The notes under the pieces were generated by a model, which had not been told where the DNA came from, searched no databases, and saw only the letters and a list, made by a program, of their open reading frames with translations. This document shows, in pieces, positions 43,631 to 54,294 of a DNA stretch of 64,000 nt. Source of the DNA: Paramoeba atlantica (taxonomy: Eukaryota; Protista; Discosea). Every line of letters begins with the position of its first letter. Positions within the stretch are counted from its first letter, which is position 1. The stretch is from the NCBI GenBank assembly GCA_977017575.1, contig CDRNVI010000051.1, positions 124,001-188,000 of the forward strand. The letters are read 5' to 3'. The position numbers and the translations under genes were made by a program.

Positions 43631-43701
43631 TGCGAACGCTGTGAATTTGCAGGGAGTGATGTGAGATCCAGTGTACCACTGAACTTATTGTGATGAAATA
43701 T
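43631..43701 (-). pseudogene. 3' remnant of the LRR gene whose 5' part is at 53399-53841
   Basis: IFHHNKFSGTLDLTSLPA continues LPPQLWFL in the LxxLxLxxN register and matches the paralog LVFLNIRANQFNGALDLTSLP. Confidence 0.7.
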
Positions 43702-43704
43702 ATT

Positions 43705-46700
43705 GTATCATACAGGTAATCCTGCAGAGATTTATGTGGTGAAAACGCGCACAAAACGCGTTTTAGTCACCTGTTTCTATCCAGCGTCACCAAGAACGTT
43801 CTCCTCCATCCAATTTTTGTCATTGCGGTTTTGATATACTATGAAGCTCCCTCTCAGAGCCTTCACGGTCATATTGCGCCGGCACTCAGCCACCAGCTCA
43901 TCATTACCCATAAATAGAGAGTTCAGAGTTCGACCAGCACTGCTTATTTTTCCTGTCGCTCCGACTTCGAAAACGAGTAGGAAAGTGCTCGGGTTTGTGA
44001 GCTTGCGGGAATGGTAGAGATTTGTGTACTAGGCAGTTTTTCGTTCGTGTGCGTAGACAAAATTTTCCTCCCAGGGGGCACGTCAATTCTATAATATACT
44101 GCTCCCCGTTGGACATTTTTACCCACCCATCCGGTCGCAGCTCGGTGTCGAGTTCCGTGAGCCACGGAGGGGTAGAGCGAAAGTGAGGGAGGTCAAAGTG
44201 ACTAGACTGGTCCCTTGGAATTTCTGCACAGAGTTTGCGAGGGCTTGTAGCACCATGTTATGTCGCAGAGTATATCGTCCTTGCTCGAGTGCTTTTCTAC
44301 ACCCGGAGAGAATATGTCGCGCGGTTTGCGTTTCAGTATCGCAGATGGGACACTTGTCGCTTGTGTGTGTCGATACGCCCCATTTGCGGAGAGACACTCT
44401 AGTGGGGAGTGGCGTTCCTGTGAGTACGGAAGCCGTAAATCGTGATAGCGATTCGCTTTTGAGATTACATAGGGCGGCAGCGAAGTTCCTCGCGAGGTCT
44501 GCTTCCGTCGCTACGCGGAACCATCTTCCCGCAACTAAAGTGCGCCTTTGCACGGCTTCCGAAAGATGCCTCTCATATTCACTGTCGAGAAGTCGTAGTA
44601 CGTTATTGTGAGTTGAACGAGGTTCCAACCATGCTCGGTGTACAACAGTTCGCTTGTCGCGGATTTTGCTACATTTAACCATTTTCTGATTTCATTTGTA
44701 GCGCATCGCTGGAGGCGCAGAACGTGGTTAAAAGTCAGACATGAATTGACAAAAAAAGAGTAGCGAAGGCGGGAGATAATACCATTATTGTATATCCAGA
44801 GTCGGGCGGGTAGGTCGTGGGCGCTGGAAGATATGTTGCGTAACCAGGTACGGAGTCGATTGCGTAGCTTTAGGAACAGAATTTTACCATGCTGGGCACC
44901 AGGTGCGAGAGTCATACCCAGGAATGTGCTACCATTATCGCATATTTGAGGAATAGGTGTTGCGTCAATCATTATCTGCGGTCGTCTTGTCATGTAGCCT
45001 GAGTCTTGAGTCATTGCCATGTGTTGAATCCAACATTTCTTTGCGTTCAATTTCATTCCGATGTCGCCTAGAACTTTGACCAGTACGTTCGTGGCAATTT
45101 GCATTTCCTTTGGTGTGTTCGTGAGTATACTGAGGTCGTCAGCAAAGGCCTTCAGAAAGGTTTCCTTTCCATCCCAAGTGATTCCGTACTGTGGGCAACT
45201 TGAACGGATGAAGCGAAGAACCAATTCCATTGCCAAGTTGAATAAGATCGGCGACAGTGTATCTCCTTGTAATACTCCACGGCCGATCTCGATCGACTTC
45301 GTAAGGCCTTCAGCACACTTGATTTGAATAGATGCTCCTTTATACAGCGCGCTGATATAGTTAATTAGAATTGGGGAGACACGGGCCCATTTTAGGGATT
45401 GTAACAGTACTGCGTGGGGGATAGATCCGAAAGCGTTCTTGATATCGAACTGTGCCAGTAAGTATTGCCGTTTGTGACGTCGTTGGTGTTCAAGGAGCTC
45501 GCATAAGACTTGTGTATGCTCGACGGTCCCATTCATGTGTGGTAGAAATCCTTTTTGTACTGATGTATCGAGCGCATGAGAATCCAAGGAATGTTGAAGG
45601 ATTCGGTGGCTCAGGATTGAATGGAAAAGTTTCCTTATGCAACTAGTTAAGCTTATCGGTCGCCAATTCTCCATAGTTGATGTAGGACCTCCTTTGTGTA
45701 TGAGGCGAGTTACGGCAGATTTCCAGGTGGGGGGGCAAACCCCGAATTTAAGGATATCATTGAATACTTGAGCTATGTGGACAAAGATAGGGCTACAACG
45801 CTTGAGTAGAGCGTTTGATACAGTGTCTGATCCAGGAGCAGCGCCCGAGCGCTTGGAAGATACAGCAGATGCTATCATTTCGGCGTCAATATCCGACCAT
45901 GGCATGTCGATGTCAGGCCGTGGTCCGAAGAACTCGGCGGGGGGTATGCTGTGATTCTCTTCAGGTTTTGACAATGATGCCGCGAAGTTCTCAACCTCTT
46001 GAAGAGGTACTGTAGGGTAAGACGTCTCGGGTTCCTGTATTGGGTCAGTGCGATCTAGGCATTCGCCCGCAGCTGTCCACGGGTTTCTCTGGAACCGAGT
46101 TAATGCCCATCGTCGATCGATTTCCCTCTTCTGTAGATTGGCTTCCTCCACGTACAACTTCAACGCTTTCTCTGCTTCCTTAATTTCTCCTCGCTGCTTG
46201 TTTCTCGCGGCCCCCTTCATGAAGGTAAGTGCACGTTTGAGTTGACGAACATGTGTGCGAAGCCTCTTCGTGGTACGTTCGATGGCCAAGGGCCGTGAGT
46301 TTCTTCTGGCTCTGCCAGCTCTGGTTCGCAGGAGAAAGCGGTGTGTCGGGTCGCTCTCCCGTGCGGCTTCAAAGACGGTTACGGCGAGGATCGCGGATAA
46401 TGTTTTAGCTTGAGACAGGGCATCCTCATCGTTTCGCGCTGGGTGCACGTACAAGTTGCAACGTTCCTCAATTTTCGCAATACTATTGCCCCACTGTTCC
46501 TCTGTGAAACGTACCAGAACTCGTCCTCCCGTTATTGTGTCAAATGTTTCGAGAAGATTCTGCAGGTCAGGAATGGGATGAATGGTTGGGGCTGGGGCGT
46601 GCTGGGATCGAGGGATCCTCTGCAGTGTCGTGCGTCTGCGATTTACTTCCGGTGGGGGAGGTAAAGGTAAAGGCAAAGGCAAAGGCGCGGGTTCTGCTAC

Positions 46701-48450
46701 GGATTCCATACGTGGTACAGAAGGTGAGGAATCCGGTTGCGTCTCGTGGGCTGGTGGGAAATGTCGTAGAGGGCTGGACAGTGGACTCGTGCGGGGCAGG
46801 GAGTTGGTGCGAACTGGTAGGCGGGGTGTCACGACTGGGGCGGGCGGTTCCGAAGCTTGTGAAGAAACTTCAGCGCGTTCGGCATCACCAAGCGCAGGGA
46901 ATAGAATATTTTTCGCCGTCCAGCTTATGGCAGAGTATGCGATTTCGCCAGCTTTGAGGAGAACTCCTTTTTGACAACATGAATGCTTACATTTGGTTTT
47001 GTCTTTACATTTATGTGCGCAATTACGGCGAGGGACTGATTCAGGGGGGATATTGCCATCTCTACTAACATGAGGTTCCGGGGAAGTGCGTGTATGAGAG
47101 AGTTCGTGGTTTACAGCCTGCGTACCGCTCAAGTTTCCTGTCTCGGATGGCCAGCTAGGGTGATTCTGTGGTGATATTATGCTAGCATCGGCAGGAGATG
47201 TCCTCGTAAACAAATTCCTGAGTGACCATATTCGATTCTGACTGTTTTCTTCGACGATCATGACCCCTGTCTTGCAACATTGGTGTTTGCACTGAGTTTT
47301 ATTGCTGCATACATACTTATTGTATGTGCCGACACGGGTGATAGTTGGCCGTGTTTGCTGATATTATGGCGGACGACGGCGGATGACCGGTTGGCAGATC
47401 CTCATACTGGGCCTCTTCGCTCGGTATGGCCTCTGTCGAGACTTGCGGATCGGTTTCTATCGATGTGGACTATGTGACCGTGTTAGTGATGACTCCCCGA
47501 GGTGCCGTTCTGGTCGAGGATTTTCAGTAGCACCCGTGATGAGGACTCCTATTTTGCAGCACTGGTGCAAACAATTTGTCTTGTCGCGGCACGTATGCTT
47601 ACAGGGCCTTCTGCCGGGAGCTAGTGAACTGTCTATAGCCACGGCTTCCGAAGAGGGAGGAGGGACGCTAGGATGCACAGACCTTTCGGGTTTCACTTTG
47701 CAACATACGTGAAGGCATGCTGCTTTGTCCCGGCATTTATGGGCACAAGGGACACTTGGTTTAGTGGGCGGTAGTTTTGACACCTTGACGGGAGCATCAC
47801 GGATTCTATATGGCGCGTCGTATGTGACCTCCGGGCAACGTTGGAGTTGTTCAATGGGTTGGGCCTTACGGGTCACGTGTGATATGCGGAATCGTCGTAA
47901 GCCTGGCATGTCACCGCCGCGCAATTTCTTTGTGACGGCTTTGCCAAGCGCGTTCGAGGAGGAGTATTCTGTGTCAAGCTGCATGTCGGGGTCTGTATAA
48001 GCAGAGCTCCAGCTCGTGTGATGAAATGTGCGACTAAGGTTTCCAATTTCATGGTACTCAACGTACTCGCATGCGTCGTTCTCGATGACATCTTGAGTGG
48101 TACACGTTTGTACTATCGGACCATCGCTCCTTTTGCTTCCCGACTTCAGGGTTTTTCCGAGGGAAGCTTCTGCTGTGTGCGTGCTTGAGAAAAACTCTCG
48201 TTCGGTAAGGGTGATGGCTGCGGCGTGCGTGTCGGGAAAATAGGACCATGAAAAGCCATCAGAGGGGCGGATCTTCACTGGCACCGCACGACTTCGGACG
48301 AAGTGAAAGTTCTGGGGGTGTCGCTTCGCGCTGACAGGTCCTCGAGGGAGGCCGTCGTGCGCGTGGGGAGCTGGGGGTGTGACATTAGAGATCATGCTCC
48401 GAAAGATAAGTTTAGTACAAAGCAACAAGGTACAGAAACTGTATCTTTAT
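43705..48450 (-). mobile_element. R2/NeSL-like REL non-LTR retrotransposon, element 2 (degenerate, ORF broken)
   Basis: RT motifs (WRPISL, QKGFLP, GVLQGDTLSP, AFADDL) in the 908-aa ORF; CPIC..HILSGC, RHN and LRPDGW..IIELTCPWEE over frameshifts; SL-like 5' end. Confidence 0.9.
48423..48450 (-). other. Spliced-leader-like sequence at the 5' end of element 2
   Basis: ATAAAGATACAGTTTCTGTACCTTGTTG; compare the T. cruzi SL 3' end GATACAGTTTCTGTACTATATTG. Confidence 0.8.
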
Positions 48451-48462
48451 AGAAGCCATAAT

Positions 48463-51400
48463 ATCTTGTGATTATCATGCAGTAAACTGCAGAGATTAAA
48501 ACAGAAGAAGATCGGGTGTATCCCTTTAGTGCGCCCAAAACGCACTTCTTCTTCTGACATGCCCACCTCATTGGAAGCTTGGCATATACCAGTTGGGGTT
48601 CTCCCGTTGTTGGTATATGTGGAAACTTCCTAGTAGTGCTCGCTGCACTAGTTTTTCCCTACACTTGGAGGCTTCAGCCTTAGTTCCAAAGAGGGAGTTT
48701 ACCGCACGTGCGGAGGAGTTCAGCTTTCCTCTCGCACCAACTTCAAAAACCAGGAGAAAGGTCGACGGATTCGCTAGCCTGCGCTGCGTGTAAAGATGTG
48801 TGTACTTACGAACCTTCCGTTCGTGGGCGTATTCCAAGTTCTCTTCCCATGGGGATGTAAGTTCAATTATGTACTCGGACCCGTTGTGCAGCCGCACCCA
48901 TCCATCTGGTCTCAGTTCAGTTCCGTGCGAGAGCCAGGGAGGAGAGTTGCGGTACAGGTCCACGTCAAAGTGGTACGAGGATGTGGTGGGAGAGTTGGCA
49001 ACAGCGTCTGCAAGGGCAAGTAGTATAAGATCATGGCGGTATGTATACCGTCCTTGCTCAAGGGACACTTTGCAGCCTGTTAAGATGTGGCGCGGGGTCT
49101 GGGTCGCTTCGCCACAAATTGGACATGTGACGTTCGTGTGTGACGATATGCCCCACCGGCGGAGAGAGGAACGCGTAGGAAGTGGAGTTTGAGTGAGCAC
49201 GGATGCCGCGAAGCGAGAGAGGGAGGAGCTTTTGATATTACATAGGGCAGAAGCGAAGTCTTTCGCTAGGTCGCTTTCTGTAGCCATTTGAAACCATTCG
49301 CAGGCTATGGTGGTGCGGCGTTGTACTGACTCGATCAAGTGCCTTTCATACTCATCGTTAATTGTTCTTCGGAGGTTATCGGGGTCATCCCGCATATCAT
49401 AGAACCTCGCTGCGGGCCTCACATGTCCTGATGAGCGTCTACGTTGCTCGTTGGCTATCCTGTGTCGTAATGCGTACTGTACCGCTGGGTCACGAGATTT
49501 GGACATTTGCGAGATGGCTGTGGCCGTACACTGCAGCCAAAGCTTAGAGATGCTCATCATCCGCCAGCCGCGCTCAGAGTAGAAGAGTTCACTTGTGGCC
49601 GTTTTCGCAACGTTAAGCCATTTCCTGATTTGGTTTGTGGCCAGCTTTTGGAGACGTAGGATATAGTTGAAAGTGATCCCTGTGTTCACAGTCAGGACGT
49701 ACCGGAGACGGGAAATTATTGCGTTATTGTAAATCCACATTTTCGCTGCTTGATCAAATGCGCTTTCCGTAATGTTTCCGAGCCACTTCCGCAACTTACA
49801 TTGCAGGGTTTTGAATAGAACTTTTCCTTGTTGTGCCCCAGGAGCTAGCGTCATTCCGAGAAAGAGACTTCCCTTGTCACAGATATGTGGAATTACCTGC
49901 CCATCCGCGACTATGCGAGGGCGATGTGTCTTGTAACCTCCGTTGAGGACTGCCATGTGTTGCACTCGGCACTTCCCGACGTTCAGCCGGAGCCCCATAG
50001 TGGTGAGAACCCGGTGCAGAACGTTGGTCGCCCGCTGTAATTCGTCAGGGGTGCTCGTGACAAGGGTTAGGTCATCAGCAAACGCTTTTATGAAGGTTTC
50101 TCGCGTGTCCCATACAATACCATATTTTGGCAGGCTAGATCGGAGGTACCGAAGGACCACTTCCATTGCGATGAGAAAGAGAACAGGAGATAAGGTATCG
50201 CCTTGGAGAACGCCACGTGTTATAGAGATATCTCCGGTCAATCCCTCTGCACACTTCACTTGCATGGAAGCTCCCGTGTACAGGGCTCGAATGTACGTGA
50301 TAACGTTGGTGGGAAGGCGAGCCCATTCCAGGGCAGAGAAGAGCACACAGTGTGGGAGTGAACCAAAGGCATTTTTGAGGTCGTACTGTCCAAGGCAGTA
50401 TTGGCGTTTGTGTTGCCGTTGGTGGTCAAGAAGTTCACAAAGCGCTTGGGTATGTTCGATACAGCCATTCACACCAGGCAGGAATCCCTTCTGGATTGTA
50501 GTATCTATTACTCCCGATCCTATGACATGTTCCTGAATCCGGTGGCTGACAATGCTGTGGAAGAGTTTCCCGAGACAGCTCGTAAGGCTTATGGGCCGCC
50601 AGTTGGAAACGTTCTGCGTAGGGCCACTTTTATGCACAAGAAGGGTAACCGCTTTCTTCCAGTTGTCGGGACAGACCCCAAATTTGAAGAGGTCGTTAAA
50701 CGATTGGGCTAAGAAAGGGTGTAGCGCGGGGCAGCGCTTTAGCAGCGCATTGCTAACGGTGTCAGAGCCTGGTGCCGCTGTATGGCGCTTCGATGATACA
50801 GCGGCTGCGATCGTGGCGCTATCTATTGCTTCCCATGTCATGTCTCTATCCGCCTGGGGGCCCAGAAGCTCTGTTGGAGGAAGTCCACATTCTTGAGTTG
50901 TTTCCATAGAGCCCCTGAAATAGGACTCTACTTCGGCGGGGGCGATGTCTGGATGCTTCCCATTACGTTGCTGTGCTTCTTTTTCGTGGTTATCAATACA
51001 TTCACTACCTGCCGTCCAGGGATTCCTTTGAAATCTTGTGTGGGCCCAGCGCTGAGCCATCTCCAGTCGCTGCGCTTCTCCTTCTGCCATGTAGACCTTC
51101 TGAAGTTTTACAGCCTCTTTCAGTTGACCCTTGACGTGGTTCCGCTCGGCCCGTCCGTGGGTATATCGCAGTGTTGCTTTCAATTGTCGAACGTGAGTTT
51201 CAAGCTGCTTGGCCGAGCGCTCCGCTGCCAGGGGGCGTGTTCTGCGACGGTTGTGACGCGCGTTTGTTCTAATACGGAATCCCCCGGTTGGGTCTGCCTC
51301 GCTGGCCACCTCGTATGCCGACACCGCGAGACATGCCGTGAGTAGTTCTGCTTGTGCGGTAGCCTCGTCGGCACTCTCTGCGGGACTCAGAAATTTGGTA

Positions 51401-53372
51401 CATCTTTCCAGTGCCTTTTCCTCCGTGCGCTGCCACTGAGCAGAGGAAAGATGTATCATGATGCGGCCTCCTTCTATGGTGCGTAGTGTCGATAGAAGAG
51501 TTCCGGGTGTATCCTGCACGTTCTCCAATCGGGACGTTGCGGCCCTCGATCGGTTCGCATTAGCCATCAGAGAGCGGGAAGATCGAAGCAGTGGCGGTTC
51601 AGGCTGGTTCTCAGGGTTCCTTATCAATTGGGGTGAGTTGGGAGTTGGTTGATCGTTCTCATCCCCCGACGAGATCGAGTTTCTCTGACCGGTGGATCGC
51701 GTCTGGCTGCTTGAGGTCGTCGATGTGGTTGTCGGCGTGGTGGTTGGTGTCTCTTCCGTGGATTGGTTGAGGCGAGAGTTTTGACTTCTGGAAATACTGA
51801 TGTTTTGCACGGATCCGTCGGGGTTGATCTGTCTCTCTGCTGGGGGTCGTGACCCTAGGAATAGACTTCGAAGACTCCAGCATGACGATTCAGCGGATGA
51901 GGGCCGCGCGGAAACTAGTACTCCTTCTTTGCAGCACTTGTGTAGGCATCGGGCTTTGTCCTGGCATTTATGCAGACACGGTCGTCTATTGACTTGTACC
52001 TCATTGCTAAGGGCAGGTGTGGAGTTGTTGGGAATCGGCAGTGGATCGGGAAGTGCTGTGACATGAGGGTTAGTGTCTTCTAGTGGGGCATTTGCTGCAT
52101 GGGCCTCGGTTGTCACGTTGTCAGAGAGCTGCGCTCGCTCATTTTGTGAGGTCCACGGTATGAGACTCCTCAGGGACCAACGGGCTGCAGAGGGGCGCGT
52201 TTCCGAGGCTCTATCGCTGTCGTAGTCGTGCGCCCGCCTGGTTTCACGGCTCTGGTACGCACGGGGTTCATGTAGTGCTGATTGGACGGTTCGGGTGCTC
52301 CGCTCGTCAAGGGAGGGTGTGAGAGGAGTTGCCGTTGCCCGTTCTGGGTGAGGACGAGGGGAGATGGGGACTCCCACCTTGCAGCATCGATGTTTGCAAT
52401 TCGCTTTATCTCGGCATATGTGCTTGCAGGGCCGATGCGTCACCGAGGTGGGAGGGCTGCTTGGCGTGGAGGGAAGTGGTGCTGGAGTGAGATTTTCTGC
52501 ATGTGGCTCGCTAGGGGAGTCAGTTGTGGTTGGTACCTGCGTAGCTGCGCTTACGGGTTCAGGTAAATGAGGATTTCCGCTTTCCGGGTCGGTGATTTTG
52601 CAGCAGGGATGTTTGCATCTCATTTTATTGAAGCAACGGTGTGCGCAAGGTTCGGTGCGTGCTGATGTAGGGGCCGGTTCTGCGGGGGTGTTCCGTGTGG
52701 GGAGGATTCGGTAGGGTTCGTCAAATTGGATTTTCGGCTTGGTCCACCCGATATCTGCGTCTTGTTGCGGCTCAGGGGAGACATGTGATATTGCGAAGCG
52801 GGCCAGTGAGGGTATTACACGTCCGTTGAGTTGTTTTTGTATGGCCCGTCCTAGGGATCCCGCTGAGGAATAATCCTGGTCGAGCTTCATGTCTTTGTCA
52901 TTATACGCTGAGGCCCAGCTTGTGTGTCGGTAGATCGAATATGGCGCCGCAGTTTCGCGGAAGAGGAAGAAATCGCATGCTTTGTGGTCCATAACGTCGT
53001 TCAAAGTGCATCTTTGGACCACGATTCCGTCGGAGCGCTTCGCTCCTGATGAGAGAGTTCGTGCGAGGGAAAGCTCCGCTGTGATTTCCGCTTGGAAATG
53101 GTCCTTCTCAGTTAGGAATAAGGCTGCCGCGTGCGTGTCGGGGAAGTAAAGCCAGTGTGGAGACTCCGAGTTTCTGAGACGTAGGGATACTGCCCGATTC
53201 TGGGTGAGGCGGAAGCTTTTCTCTCGAGGTGGGGGCGCGCTGGCAGATCCTCGAGGGAGGTCGCCTGGCGCTAGGGGGGGCGGGGTAGGAGGGTGAAGTG
53301 TCATGCCCCAATGGGGGAAGTAACAGTTAGTACGAAATTGAAAATAATTCAACAAGGTACAGAAACTGTATG
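48463..53372 (-). mobile_element. R2/NeSL-like REL non-LTR retrotransposon, element 1 (intact)
   Basis: Single uninterrupted ORF, structured ~105-nt 3' UTR, SL-like 5' end, flanked by imperfect ~40-bp direct repeats. Confidence 0.92.
48568..53304 (-). CDS. 1578-aa retrotransposon protein: N-terminal FPDTHAAA domain, 3x CxHxCx5CxHxCC, RT, CCHC knuckle, REL endonuclease
   Basis: YDLKNAFGS, GVLQGDTLSP, AFADDL, CPIC..HILTGC, RHD, RPDG..IIELTSPWEE..KVRKY. Start set at MTLHPP because the ORF's first 114 codons are LRR and SL sequence. Confidence 0.9.
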   Translation of the reverse strand: MTLHPPTPPPLAPGDLPRGSASAPPPREKSFRLTQNRAVSLRLRNSESPHWLYFPDTHAAALFLTEKDHFQAEITAELSLARTLSSGAKRSDGIVVQRCTLNDVMDHKACDFFLFRETAAPYSIYRHTSWASAYNDKDMKLDQDYSSAGSLGRAIQKQLNGRVIPSLARFAISHVSPEPQQDADIGWTKPKIQFDEPYRILPTRNTPAEPAPTSARTEPCAHRCFNKMRCKHPCCKITDPESGNPHLPEPVSAATQVPTTTDSPSEPHAENLTPAPLPSTPSSPPTSVTHRPCKHICRDKANCKHRCCKVGVPISPRPHPERATATPLTPSLDERSTRTVQSALHEPRAYQSRETRRAHDYDSDRASETRPSAARWSLRSLIPWTSQNERAQLSDNVTTEAHAANAPLEDTNPHVTALPDPLPIPNNSTPALSNEVQVNRRPCLHKCQDKARCLHKCCKEGVLVSARPSSAESSCWSLRSLFLGSRPPAERQINPDGSVQNISISRSQNSRLNQSTEETPTTTPTTTSTTSSSQTRSTGQRNSISSGDENDQPTPNSPQLIRNPENQPEPPLLRSSRSLMANANRSRAATSRLENVQDTPGTLLSTLRTIEGGRIMIHLSSAQWQRTEEKALERCTKFLSPAESADEATAQAELLTACLAVSAYEVASEADPTGGFRIRTNARHNRRRTRPLAAERSAKQLETHVRQLKATLRYTHGRAERNHVKGQLKEAVKLQKVYMAEGEAQRLEMAQRWAHTRFQRNPWTAGSECIDNHEKEAQQRNGKHPDIAPAEVESYFRGSMETTQECGLPPTELLGPQADRDMTWEAIDSATIAAAVSSKRHTAAPGSDTVSNALLKRCPALHPFLAQSFNDLFKFGVCPDNWKKAVTLLVHKSGPTQNVSNWRPISLTSCLGKLFHSIVSHRIQEHVIGSGVIDTTIQKGFLPGVNGCIEHTQALCELLDHQRQHKRQYCLGQYDLKNAFGSLPHCVLFSALEWARLPTNVITYIRALYTGASMQVKCAEGLTGDISITRGVLQGDTLSPVLFLIAMEVVLRYLRSSLPKYGIVWDTRETFIKAFADDLTLVTSTPDELQRATNVLHRVLTTMGLRLNVGKCRVQHMAVLNGGYKTHRPRIVADGQVIPHICDKGSLFLGMTLAPGAQQGKVLFKTLQCKLRKWLGNITESAFDQAAKMWIYNNAIISRLRYVLTVNTGITFNYILRLQKLATNQIRKWLNVAKTATSELFYSERGWRMMSISKLWLQCTATAISQMSKSRDPAVQYALRHRIANEQRRRSSGHVRPAARFYDMRDDPDNLRRTINDEYERHLIESVQRRTTIACEWFQMATESDLAKDFASALCNIKSSSLSRFAASVLTQTPLPTRSSLRRWGISSHTNVTCPICGEATQTPRHILTGCKVSLEQGRYTYRHDLILLALADAVANSPTTSSYHFDVDLYRNSPPWLSHGTELRPDGWVRLHNGSEYIIELTSPWEENLEYAHERKVRKYTHLYTQRRLANPSTFLLVFEVGARGKLNSSARAVNSLFGTKAEASKCREKLVQRALLGSFHIYQQRENPNWYMPSFQ

Positions 53373-53398
53373 TAACAATGTACAGAAACTGTATCTTT
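53350..53398 (-). other. Tandem spliced-leader-like sequences at the 5' junction of element 1
   Basis: AAAGATACAGTTTCTGTACATTGTTA-C-ATACAGTTTCTGTACCTTGTTG. Confidence 0.8.
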
Positions 53399-53841
53399 AG
53401 AAACCATAATTGGGGCGGCAGCACTGTCAAATCAATGGGGCCCAACATATTACAATTGAAAACGTCAAATCTTTGCAGCAATCCAGGGAGATGTGCAATA
53501 GGTAACACTCCGGTGATCCCCCTTTGTTTTTTTGAAGAGAACGATAGTGTGATGTCCGGCATGTACATCCATGCAAATGTTCCACAATATTTATCATGCC
53601 CGTGGACGTTAAAAAAACCTTGCGGGACTAGTTCAATGGAAATCATTGTTGGTTGCTATTGCACTTTACTGCAAACCATTCACGCGCAGTAGTGTTCGTT
53701 GTCCATGTCTCTTCTGGATTCGAAATGATTGCTAAAATCATATTTCTGGGGAAGAACGGAACCATTCACTTTGGCGGGGTGAGGTAAGGTTGTATCGCTG
53801 CTGAGACAAGCTAAAATACAACCCGGAGGATAGAGCGACAT
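53399..53841 (-). pseudogene. 5' part of an LRR gene (paralog of 42487-43200), frameshifted and interrupted by the retrotransposon pair
   Basis: HPAKVNGSVLPQKYD, SNPEETWTTNTTAREWFAVKC and DKYCGTFAWMYMPD..LTVLPPQLWFL in three frames. Confidence 0.85.
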
Positions 53842-54294
53842 AAAGAAGCGAAATAAAGTCTAAGTGTACCTCGCTGGCCTGCCTGCTACGGACCGTCCTT
53901 ACTCTTTCTTTCATCCAAGAATCATGCCATCCGTTTCATGCACAAGCTACAAGCAAGCACAAGCTTGCTCGTGCACATGCTTGTACATTGTACTTAGCGC
54001 AAACAGAGAATTCACCCCGTTCTCCATTTCCCACCTTCCCGTTTTACCCCCTGGCGCTCTTCCCTCCCCGTTTTCTTTCTCCCAATCCACAGAAGTTTTC
54101 CCCCAAACTCATAAGGGAATCCACCTCACAAGGCGTATTCCACCCCACCTTTCCCCTTTTATCCTTTTACCCTCCTACATCTACCCCCCCTCCTCCCCCA
54201 CCCTCCCCCTCTTCCCCCCCCCCGCCTCCTCTCCTCCCCCACCGCCCCTCCAGCATCACCCCCACCCCCTTCCCTCTATTTCAACTCCCGCCTT

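Noticed and set aside
48568-53646. The 1692-aa ORF as a genuine LRR-retrotransposon fusion protein
   Set aside because: The first 114 codons are a frameshifted LRR pseudogene fragment plus SL relics and 5' UTR. The in-frame join is probably chance, and the homologous element 2 starts at the equivalent of Met 53304.
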